This document shows, in pieces, positions 29,423-37,331 of a stretch of 64,000 nt of DNA. The stretch is from Candidatus Kaiserbacteria bacterium (GTDB lineage Bacteria; Patescibacteriota; Minisyncoccia; Phycocordibacterales; Phycocordibacteraceae): positions 55,779 through 119,778 of the forward strand of contig CAWEXP010000006.1 in NCBI GenBank assembly GCA_963813065.1. The letters are read 5' to 3'. The translations under genes were made by a program, and so were the position numbers. Position 1 is the stretch's first letter. The number at the start of each line of letters is the position of its first letter. The notes below the pieces were generated by a model. That model was not told where the DNA came from. It saw only the letters and a program-made list of their open reading frames with translations, and did no database searches.

Positions 29423-32152
29423 ATGGAATCTGTAGACAAAAAACAAGGATTCGTAATCAACTCACCATACTTCGAACCGAAGTATCATTTTGAATACGAC
29501 GAAAATAGCGAGAGTTATCACAGAGAGGATGGCCGCAGAAAGGCCGGGTACTATGCAACTGTAGGTAAACAAGAAGTGGGGAAAGGGGCGACGCAATTCC
29601 TAGAGTTAGAGCTGGCTAGCATGATACGGCCACGAGTTAAAGAGTGGAAAGAAAAAGGATATCCAAATGTGACTTCAACTACAAAAAAGCTCCTGGAGCA
29701 CTGGAACAGATTTGATCAAGAGGGATTTGAGCAGGATGGTCAGAGGTACTTCTGGTGTCAGATAGAGGCGATTGAAACTATCATCTGGCTTGTTGAGGCT
29801 CCGGATGCCGTAAAAGTAGGAATAAATCTAAAAGACAGGAGCGATAGTGATTGGATGCGGGCCTGTACAAAGCTGGCGACGGGTACGGGAAAAACGGTTG
29901 TGATGGCGATGATTATTGCATGGCAGGTGCTCAATAAAGTTGCTAACCCAAAAGATACGAGATTTACGAAAAATATACTCGTGATGGCACCTGGCATTAC
30001 CGTGCGACATCGTCTCGAAGTGCTAATTCCAAGTAACGAGTCAAATTACTATGACGTCTTCAATATCGTACCCGCTTCACTTAAAGAATATCTATATCAA
30101 TCAAAAATAGCGATACTCAACTGGCAGTCAGTTGCTCCTAAGAAGAAGGAGTCCTTACCGAAAGTAATGCGAGATATGATGGGAGAGGAGAGCGATGGGG
30201 CATTTACGAGAAGAGTTCTATCTGAACTTCCGGGAGACGCACCGATATTGGTAATAAACGACGAGGCGCATCACTGCCATAGGCATACTGCTGAGATAGG
30301 AAAATCAAAAGAGGATAAAGAACAAGAAAAGAAAGAAAATGAAGAAGCGACAGTTTGGGTACAAGGTTTAGATAAAATACATAAAGCACGGGGAATTATT
30401 ACCGCTTATGACATGTCCGCAACTCCTTTTGTTCCGAAAGGTCGTAGCTCCAATACGGGATTCGAACTGTTTAACTGGATTATATCTGATTTTGGTCTGC
30501 ATGATGCCATCGAATCCGGTTTGGTAAAAACACCAACAATTGCAGTAAGGGACAGTTCGTATTCGTCAGAAAAAGTGGCCGGAGACAAGTCAAAGTTGTT
30601 CCACATCTATTATGAAGAAGGTATTCGGGAAGATCTCAATAAAAAATGTGAACCGAATGTAGATTTACCTGACCTTGTGCGAAGTGCGTTCAAGATCCTC
30701 TCAACAGATTGGTTGGCAACTAAAAACGAATGGAGTAAAGGAGTACCACCATCGATGATAGTGATTTGTAATAATACCTTTACATCTCAGCGAATTGAAT
30801 ACTCCATTTTAAATAGTCATTTAGGCGTATCAGAGATGGCAGATAAGAGTAAGGTATTGAGAGTCGATAGCACGGCTGAAGACATAGAAGATGAATCTCT
30901 TCGAGAAAAGTTCAATACCGTTGGTAAACAGGGGAAGCCAGGTGCAGATGTCGAATGTGTGATTGGTGTGAATATGCTCTCAGAAGGATGGGATGCAAAT
31001 AACGTTAAACAGATACTCGGCTTGCGCGCCTTTACATCACAATTGCTTTGTGAGCAGGTTGTAGGCAGAGGGCTCCGTAGAATGAGCTACGATATTGATG
31101 AAAGTACAGGGTTATTGAAACCAGAGTATGTAACAGTTTTCGGTATTCCCTTCAGCTTCTTACCAATAGAGGGTAAGGAGGGACCAGATCCTGGCCCAGA
31201 AAAGCCAAAAACTTTCGTACAGGTGCTACCACAGAAAAGACAATATCAAATTCTATTTCCCAACATCTTGAGGGTGCAAAAAGAGACAGAGCACTTTGTC
31301 GATATTGATTGGAAGAAAACAGAAAAATTGGCCTTGTCTCCAACAGAGAACCCTGTGTGGGTTCAGGTTGCTCCCACCATTGATCGCCCCGACTTGTCTC
31401 AGTCTCAAAAGATGAGTTCGATTCAAGAATATCTCGGTAAAGACTATCGCTTAAAACAAAGCGTTTTTGCGATTACTTCGAGTATCAAAAACGGTTTGGA
31501 CGACACTTGGAAGAATATAGATGATGGTAATAAATTCCAACAAATATTTAAAATTGTTTCTGATTTTATCGAGAAGAATGTAACTATAGATGCTGACAAA
31601 AGTAATCACGACGTGTATAAAAATATTCTTATTGGTTTAAACACCACCAAAATAACAGCAATGGTTAGACAGGCGATAAACTTGAGTCAAGACACGAAGT
31701 CTTATCCAATACCCGATCCAATCAACAAATTCAAAACAACATCAGTAATGACGCCGTGGTACACAACCCGGGATACCTACTCTTCGCCTGAAATGAAATG
31801 CCACATTAGTCATCTCGTACAAGATAGTAGATGGGAAAATATAGGGAAGATTCTCGATAATGAAATCGATGATGTTACGGCTTGGGTCAAGAATGACCAT
31901 TTGGCTTTCACCATTCCCTACATACACAAAGGGTTGATGCGATCTTTTTTCCCCGATTTCGTTATTCAATATAAAGGGAACCGACATCTACTTCTGGAAA
32001 TAAAAGGAAAGGAGAGAGAACAAGACCAAACTAAATGGGATTCGGCGAAGCTGTGGTGTGAAGCCTTAAATTCCGACAAAGATTCTTGGGGAGAGTGGCA
32101 GTTTAGAGTTGTGAAAAATAAGCCAAATATTTCCGACCTAAAATGGAAATAA
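29423..32152 (+). CDS. res: Type III restriction enzyme Res subunit (SF2 helicase + PD-(D/E)xK nuclease)
   Basis: Walker A LATGTGKT; DEAH box INDEAHHC; helicase motif VI QVVGRGLRR; C-terminal PDF...LEIKGKE nuclease motif. Confidence 0.75.
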   Translation: MESVDKKQGFVINSPYFEPKYHFEYDENSESYHREDGRRKAGYYATVGKQEVGKGATQFLELELASMIRPRVKEWKEKGYPNVTSTTKKLLEHWNRFDQEGFEQDGQRYFWCQIEAIETIIWLVEAPDAVKVGINLKDRSDSDWMRACTKLATGTGKTVVMAMIIAWQVLNKVANPKDTRFTKNILVMAPGITVRHRLEVLIPSNESNYYDVFNIVPASLKEYLYQSKIAILNWQSVAPKKKESLPKVMRDMMGEESDGAFTRRVLSELPGDAPILVINDEAHHCHRHTAEIGKSKEDKEQEKKENEEATVWVQGLDKIHKARGIITAYDMSATPFVPKGRSSNTGFELFNWIISDFGLHDAIESGLVKTPTIAVRDSSYSSEKVAGDKSKLFHIYYEEGIREDLNKKCEPNVDLPDLVRSAFKILSTDWLATKNEWSKGVPPSMIVICNNTFTSQRIEYSILNSHLGVSEMADKSKVLRVDSTAEDIEDESLREKFNTVGKQGKPGADVECVIGVNMLSEGWDANNVKQILGLRAFTSQLLCEQVVGRGLRRMSYDIDESTGLLKPEYVTVFGIPFSFLPIEGKEGPDPGPEKPKTFVQVLPQKRQYQILFPNILRVQKETEHFVDIDWKKTEKLALSPTENPVWVQVAPTIDRPDLSQSQKMSSIQEYLGKDYRLKQSVFAITSSIKNGLDDTWKNIDDGNKFQQIFKIVSDFIEKNVTIDADKSNHDVYKNILIGLNTTKITAMVRQAINLSQDTKSYPIPDPINKFKTTSVMTPWYTTRDTYSSPEMKCHISHLVQDSRWENIGKILDNEIDDVTAWVKNDHLAFTIPYIHKGLMRSFFPDFVIQYKGNRHLLLEIKGKEREQDQTKWDSAKLWCEALNSDKDSWGEWQFRVVKNKPNISDLKWK

Positions 32153-32156
32153 TCTT

Positions 32157-32288
32157 ATGGACGAGGAACTCTTCGAACTTGCAAAAGATAACGACCTAAC
32201 TCTAGACGAGGCGCAGGAGGTTCAAGATCTTGCCGACGAAACGGGACTAGACCTGGAAGAGGCGTTAGAGATTTGGCAGGCGCAATAA
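32157..32288 (+). CDS. Small acidic protein (43 aa) immediately after res
   Basis: MDEELFELAKDNDLTLDEAQEVQDLADETGLDLEEALEIWQAQ starts 5 nt after the res stop. ~35% Asp/Glu. Confidence 0.35.
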   Translation: MDEELFELAKDNDLTLDEAQEVQDLADETGLDLEEALEIWQAQ

Positions 32289-32290
32289 CC

Positions 32291-32743
32291 CTAATCGCCC
32301 CGTTCTAGTTGCGCAACGAGTTCAACAATCCCAATCCCTCCTTGGTGCTGGATCGTCTCCTTGGGCTTGCCGATTGTATGTTCGAGCAGTAGCCGTGCGG
32401 CGTTGGTGTCGGGTGCCAATTCAGATACAGATTGTCTCCCCTTAAAGTCGGTACGAGTGATGCGAAGATTCCCGATAGCGGCTTGGATTTGAGCATCGAG
32501 AATGGGGTCAAGTTTCTCAACTATCTTCTGTACCATGCGCTCTCGAATCATTTGAGTAATGAGTGTCTTGCTTGCTACTGGCCGCCCCCCTTTTATTTTT
32601 TCCGGAAACATCGAGTTAATTATATAATTCGTTTTCAACTCCTCTGTAGATATAGTCGGTACTTCGCGTCTACGCCGTTTGTTCGCCTCGCAGCGAGGAG
32701 TCATTACTTGGTTGGGTATAGGATGCCTTTGCCCGGTAAACAA
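32291..32743 (-). CDS. Hypothetical protein (island operon gene 4)
   Basis: 150-aa ORF; basic N-terminus; no domain recognised. Confidence 0.4.
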   Translation of the reverse strand: MFTGQRHPIPNQVMTPRCEANKRRRREVPTISTEELKTNYIINSMFPEKIKGGRPVASKTLITQMIRERMVQKIVEKLDPILDAQIQAAIGNLRITRTDFKGRQSVSELAPDTNAARLLLEHTIGKPKETIQHQGGIGIVELVAQLERGD

Positions 32744-33393
32744 CTGTCAGACGCGGAGATAAGTATGGGATTGTCGTGCTTATCGAAGGTGTAGGTATTC
32801 GTCGTCCCGCACTCCGATGACATATGCCAATAAACATCGACTTCTCCGGTTTTGGGGAAAGATAAGAAACCAAATACCGAGCCATCGGTGTCCCGCTCCA
32901 TTGAGATAGTGGTCGTTGAGCCAGCGTCAGAATAGAAGTCAAATCCAATTACGTGACGAACTAATCCTTTCTTTTCTTCAAGTAGGGCAAAGTATGGGCA
33001 TCCACCACTGCCGCAAAAACCGACAACGAGAGGATCAACGAAGTAGAGAACCTTTCCGTCGGAAAGAGTAGTCGAGGCTACATCAGACTGATTTCCGCAT
33101 AAAAAGTCAGAAAGGGGGTAAGGCTTCACAAAGTCGGATAGTTCGTTGTCGATAGGATCGTTGCCGCTGCCACTGTTCTCATAGTACGGAACACAGTTCG
33201 GATTAATTGCTCCAAGCTCTTCAATATAATTCGGGTCGAAAGTATTAGGCGAGAAATCATCTTTAGATAAAGTATCCAAGACGGCTTTCCCAGCAGCTTG
33301 CTGGTACACGATAGGATAGGCAATAAAGAGTCCAGCGAAGACAATTGCGACGAGGCCGCATAGAAGTAAGAGTCTGGTGCCCAGATTTTTCAT
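32704..33393 (-). CDS. Membrane-anchored extracytoplasmic Cys-containing hypothetical protein (island operon gene 3)
   Basis: N-terminal MKNLGTRLLLLCGLVAIVFAGLFIAYPIV TM helix. Start overlaps the upstream gene. Confidence 0.45.
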   Translation of the reverse strand: MKNLGTRLLLLCGLVAIVFAGLFIAYPIVYQQAAGKAVLDTLSKDDFSPNTFDPNYIEELGAINPNCVPYYENSGSGNDPIDNELSDFVKPYPLSDFLCGNQSDVASTTLSDGKVLYFVDPLVVGFCGSGGCPYFALLEEKKGLVRHVIGFDFYSDAGSTTTISMERDTDGSVFGFLSFPKTGEVDVYWHMSSECGTTNTYTFDKHDNPILISASDSCLPGKGILYPTK

Positions 33394-33632
33394 ACCATCC
33401 ATTCGTACCACTCTTTTTCTCTTGCCACCGGTCGATTGTTTTCCCCTCTTTCTCGCAACCCTCTAGTCTCTGATTCAAGGCTAAATATTTTTTGTTGTAG
33501 AGCATTTATTACGCTCGCTGCGTTATGGCTTTTGTCCTCGAAGTACCAAATAACAAGAAAGGCGAGAAAACCAGCGCCGCCGCTATTACTCGCTCCTCCT
33601 ATTATGAATCCCCATAAAATTGCCCATACCAT
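33390..33632 (-). CDS. Small membrane protein with C-terminal coiled coil (island operon gene 2)
   Basis: 80 aa; MVWAILWGFIIGG... TM helix; overlapping start/stop with neighbours. Confidence 0.4.
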   Translation of the reverse strand: MVWAILWGFIIGGASNSGGAGFLAFLVIWYFEDKSHNAASVINALQQKIFSLESETRGLRERGENNRPVAREKEWYEWMV

Positions 33633-33634
33633 AG

Positions 33635-34234
33635 TTATATTTGTTTTAAATACTTTTCCGAATTTCTCAAACCGGAGTTATTCACACTACCTATAAAATC
33701 TTGCATATCTTCGTACCAAGATTCTCCCCACAATGTTCTATCGCAATCACGCAAAGAGAGTGCGGGGTAGGTTCCTCGAACAAGTGATACATACTTCCAA
33801 TACAGTCTCTTTTTCTCTTTCCGGTTAACAACGGTACTAAGATTTCTGATTTTCTCGCTACCGTCTCCAATTCTTTTATTTACTTGTTCTCGTACCCGAT
33901 AGTCGTACACAGTGAAGGTCTCGGGGTAAAGTGTCGTGAGGACTGCTGACGCCATTGCGATATCGAACCCATCTTTATCCAGAAGGATGTCTAGTTTTGT
34001 ATCCAGATCTTTTTCATTAGCAATTGTTTCGGTTAAATTCTTTATCGCCTCATCAGACAAACTTGCTCGGATTCTTTTTGCTGGGCGCTTTGATTTCCAA
34101 AAAATGATTGCAAAAAACTCTTCTGCGGTAAGGAAATGATTTTTAACAAAAGCTGGCCGCACCTCTTTTTCAAGGTAATTATCCAACCAGTAATATTTGA
34201 GATAGTTTTTTGTAGACATGCAAAAACCCACCAC
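33635..34234 (-). CDS. Hypothetical protein (island operon gene 1)
   Basis: 199-aa AT-rich ORF; no recognisable domain, not integrase-like. Confidence 0.4.
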   Translation of the reverse strand: MVGFCMSTKNYLKYYWLDNYLEKEVRPAFVKNHFLTAEEFFAIIFWKSKRPAKRIRASLSDEAIKNLTETIANEKDLDTKLDILLDKDGFDIAMASAVLTTLYPETFTVYDYRVREQVNKRIGDGSEKIRNLSTVVNRKEKKRLYWKYVSLVRGTYPALSLRDCDRTLWGESWYEDMQDFIGSVNNSGLRNSEKYLKQI

Positions 34235-34494
34235 GTGGGTAGAGGCTTGCGCCTCTCATACGAGTTTCCCCGTATGGCCGGTAAAGACGACCCCACATGA
34301 TGGGTTTCCGCGTCTTTACCGGACTTCTCCAGCCATGCCCAGCCCGGAGGCTGAGTTTAGGCCATATCGCACCCTTGTATCGTACTCGGTCTGGAGCTTA
34401 TGTGAAGGCGGAACGTGCTTTCTACAAAAAACCAGAAACAGAAAAAACCATAGATTCTATGGCTTCTTCTGAGGTTATATTAACTGGCCTTCGG

Positions 34495-34566
34495 CTCCGC
34501 GGGTAGGACTCGAACCTACAACCAACTCCTTAACAGGGAGCTGCTCTACCATTGAGCTACCGCGGA
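34495..34566 (-). tRNA. tRNA-Asn (anticodon GTT)
   Basis: Minus-strand cloverleaf: acceptor TCCGCGG/CCGCGGA, anticodon loop CTGTTAA, T-arm GTAGGTTCGAGTCCTAC. Confidence 0.8.
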
Positions 34567-34705
34567 ATGTTGTCGTACCCCTGACTTTTTTGAACATACC
34601 GGAGGTACCGCGGAATGTCTATGATGTCTGCACCGCTATCGGTGCCACGGCATTCTAGCTGAAACTGCACAGAATTGCCACCCGCTCGTTTGGTATACTT
34701 GTGTA

Positions 34706-34933
34706 ATGATGACGCTCTACATTCGCCCAACGTGCCCCTATTGCCACAAGGTGCTCAAGCGCGCCGAGGAGCTCGGCATCGAGTTCGACTTGAAAGATAT
34801 TACCGATCCCGCCATTGCCACCGAGCTCGTGGCGAAAGGCGGGAAACAGCAAGTGCCATACCTCGTCGACGCCGAGCACAGCGTCGCGATGTACGAGTCG
34901 GGAGATATTATTTCCTATATTGAGCGACCGTGA
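34706..34933 (+). CDS. Glutaredoxin/NrdH-like small redoxin
   Basis: 75 aa with CPYC active site and thioredoxin fold (PYLVD...G). Confidence 0.7.
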   Translation: MMTLYIRPTCPYCHKVLKRAEELGIEFDLKDITDPAIATELVAKGGKQQVPYLVDAEHSVAMYESGDIISYIERP

Positions 34934-35148
34934 GCTATCTTAAAGTATTCGTCACGCCCTCGGCGCGCCGCGAGCGCGTCGAGGAGAAAGGTGACACGCT
35001 CCTGATAGCGGTCAAAGAGCCTGCGCAGGGGAATCAGGCGAACCTACGCGTGCGTACTATAGTTGCGGAGCGGCTTGGCCTGCCCGTGAGTGCGGTACGA
35101 TTACTAACAGGGCATCGTTCGCGTTCAAAAATGTTAACCATCGGCTAA
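34930..35148 (+). CDS. DUF167/YggU family protein
   Basis: 72 aa; overlapping stop/start with the glutaredoxin gene. Confidence 0.5.
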   Translation: MSYLKVFVTPSARRERVEEKGDTLLIAVKEPAQGNQANLRVRTIVAERLGLPVSAVRLLTGHRSRSKMLTIG

Positions 35149-35158
35149 TTCTTTCACC

Positions 35159-35515
35159 ATGCGCACCACCATCAAGGCGAACAAGTATCCGCTCAGTCCT
35201 GAGAGCGAAGCGATTCTGGAAGAAAAGTTGGCGGCGCCCCTGCGACTCCTCGGCGAGGAGGGCGACGGCGCACTGCTCGAGATAGAAATAGAAGAGGCGC
35301 CGGCCGAGGGGCGCTCGGCCGAACCGGTGCGGGTCGTGGCGAACGTCATCATCGGCGGGAAAGTCTTCCATTCTGAAGCAGTGAAGCCCTCTCCCTTAAG
35401 CGCGGCTGATCGGGTGCGGAGCCAGCTCGAAGCGGAGATACGGAAGTTCCGCGGGCGCGAGCGGAGCTACCTGCGCCGCGGGCGCGCGAGGATCAAGAAG
35501 TTTTTTGGACGCTAA
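35159..35515 (+). CDS. hpf: Ribosome hibernation promoting factor / RaiA-like
   Basis: ~118 aa with beta-alpha-beta-beta-beta-alpha-like pattern typical of the sigma-54 modulation protein family. Confidence 0.5.
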   Translation: MRTTIKANKYPLSPESEAILEEKLAAPLRLLGEEGDGALLEIEIEEAPAEGRSAEPVRVVANVIIGGKVFHSEAVKPSPLSAADRVRSQLEAEIRKFRGRERSYLRRGRARIKKFFGR

Positions 35516-36326
35516 TCTCGCGCCCGCCCTCGGGGATGACGCGCTCGATGGTGAACTGATTGTGTGCAAATGAGGCACGCGTAATCTTCACGCGTTTGCC
35601 GTCTCGGAAAAAATACACGCCGGGCCAACCTTCGTAGGCGAGATATTTCAGATACGCGGAGCGCGAGCGATCATCGCTCTGGATTTCGCCATCTTCTTTT
35701 TTTATTTTCTTCGTCACCGTCGCGAGCGATTCGTCTTGTACCGCGCCTTTCAGGTCGCCCGTGAGCCAGCTCGGGAGGATGGTGGCGAGCAGTGCACCAC
35801 CGCGACTCCAGAGGAGCGTGTTGAGATCGTTCCGGCGCGGGAGCTCGGGCAGAGCGACTTCTTCTTGGGCGACGAGTGGCCCGTGGTCCATCTTTTCATC
35901 CATCTCGATAATCGAAACGCCGATGTGTTGCTCGTCGGCAAGAATCTGGCTCTCGACCGGCGACGTGCCGCGATAGCGGGGCAGGAGCGAGGGGTGGACA
36001 TTGAGCGCGCCGTGCGAGGGGATAGCGAGGAGTGCGGCAGGAAGAATTTTCCCATACGCCGCGACGATAAAAAGGTCGGCATGCGTCGCGCGCAGAGCCA
36101 CGAGTGTCGGCTCATCAAATTTCTCGGGCTGGAGCACGGGTATCTCGCGCGCGAGGGCCCACTGCTTGACCGGCGACATGGTCAGCTCAAGTCCGCGACC
36201 AGCGGGGCGGTCGGGCGTGGTCACCACAAGCGCAGGCAAGTATCCGGCATTAGCCAAAGGATCGAGCACGAGAGTCGAGAATGAGGGCGTACCGAAATAG
36301 ACGAAATTAGGAGGCTGGTTCTTCAT
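35493..36326 (-). CDS. fmt: Methionyl-tRNA formyltransferase
   Basis: Formyl transferase motifs (VVTTPDRPAGRG, NVHPSLLPRYRG). Start placed at MKNQPPNFVYFGTP. Confidence 0.8.
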   Translation of the reverse strand: MKNQPPNFVYFGTPSFSTLVLDPLANAGYLPALVVTTPDRPAGRGLELTMSPVKQWALAREIPVLQPEKFDEPTLVALRATHADLFIVAAYGKILPAALLAIPSHGALNVHPSLLPRYRGTSPVESQILADEQHIGVSIIEMDEKMDHGPLVAQEEVALPELPRRNDLNTLLWSRGGALLATILPSWLTGDLKGAVQDESLATVTKKIKKEDGEIQSDDRSRSAYLKYLAYEGWPGVYFFRDGKRVKITRASFAHNQFTIERVIPEGGREISVQKTS

Positions 36327-36839
36327 GGGCGGGATGCTTGAGCTCGATGAGGTGTTCAGCATGGTCGGTGAAGAGGATGCCATTTAAATGGTCCACTTCA
36401 TGTTCAAAAATTTGCGCGAGGAGCCCGGAGGCGCCACGCTCGAACCGCTTGCCGTCGACCGTGCGTGCGCGGAGCGTGACGCGTTCGTGCCGACTCGTGG
36501 TGCCGTAGACGCCGCGCACCGAGAGACAACCCTCATCCTCTTTCTGCCGCTTGCGTGAGGTCTTCACGATTTCGGGATTTATGAAAACGTCGACTTGCGG
36601 CTTCGCCTTCGGTTCGCCCTCGGGAGGGAGGGGAAGGGTTCGGTCAATGCGTACGACGAAGAGGCGATACGGGACCGCAATCTGGGCGCGGCGAGTGCTA
36701 CGCCGTCGAGCTCAGCATCGAGCGCGGTGCTCATGTCGGCGACGATGCGCGCAAGCTTGGCACTACCGAAGAGCTCCTCGGGTACTGGAGGAGCCACGTT
36801 CCGCAAGATTGGTGCGCCTTCTTGGACGATGGTCTTCAT
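36307..36839 (-). CDS. def: Peptide deformylase, split by one apparent 1-nt frameshift
   Basis: Motif 1 GVALAAP(Q) region, EGCLS, HEVDHLNG. Frameshift at ~36680 within a CCC run (GVALAAP | QIAVPYRLFVV). Confidence 0.75.
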
Positions 36840-37031
36840 GCTGTAGAGCCTACTATATAACAAAAAGCGCCCGAAGGCGCTTGGAAAGATCGGCGGCACG
36901 GGCTACCAGGGGGGCTGAGCGCCCGTGCCGCACGGACGTGCAAGATCACTCGGGATCGTTCGGAGGGGGTCGACCCCGCGCGACGCGTTCGCACGCCACT
37001 GTCCTTAAGTTACACCAATCGGCTCTGGAAG

Positions 37032-37331
37032 TCAATACTCCGGCTCCTGATGCTTCTTGGGGTCAACTTCCCACCAGAATTTCTTCGAGAAGTGTTTGGC
37101 GCGACTGCAGACGCTCTTCAAATAATATAAGTCGTTGGTGGGGATGCCTTCGAGGATGAGGCCAAGACGCGACATGGTGAGCGGCACGAGCCCGTCCTTC
37201 TTGCGCGAATAATTAAGATGTTTCTGGAAGAATTGCAGGAGCTCGCCGCGCTCCGTCTTCCGCTGACGCCCGCCCGGCGCTGACGCCATCTTCTTCTCGA
37301 TGTCGGGCAAAATCTCCTTGATGGACTTCAT
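37032..37331 (-). CDS. Hypothetical protein
   Basis: 99-aa basic ORF overlapping the murA start. Confidence 0.35.
   Translation of the reverse strand: MKSIKEILPDIEKKMASAPGGRQRKTERGELLQFFQKHLNYSRKKDGLVPLTMSRLGLILEGIPTNDLYYLKSVCSRAKHFSKKFWWEVDPKKHQEPEY

Larger units (their letters stand above)
26662..34532. mobile_element. AT-rich genomic island integrated at tRNA-Asn, bounded by 17-bp direct repeats CTACAACCAACTCCTTA
   Basis: Exact 17-mer at 26662-26678 and 34516-34532; the latter is tRNA-Asn nt 35-51. Sharp drop in GC between the repeats. Cargo is a Type III R-M plus unknown genes. No integrase detected. Confidence 0.55.

Noticed and set aside
33635-34234. Integrase for the island
   Set aside because: The 199-aa protein next to attR lacks R...HxxR...Y or serine-recombinase motifs, so no integrase call was made.
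34235-34494. tmRNA, RNase P RNA or SRP RNA in the structured spacer next to tRNA-Asn
   Set aside because: I could not find the conserved motifs of any of these RNAs (tRNA-like acceptor/T-arm plus tag ORF, P4 pseudoknot sequences, SRP domain IV); left as an unclassified structured region.
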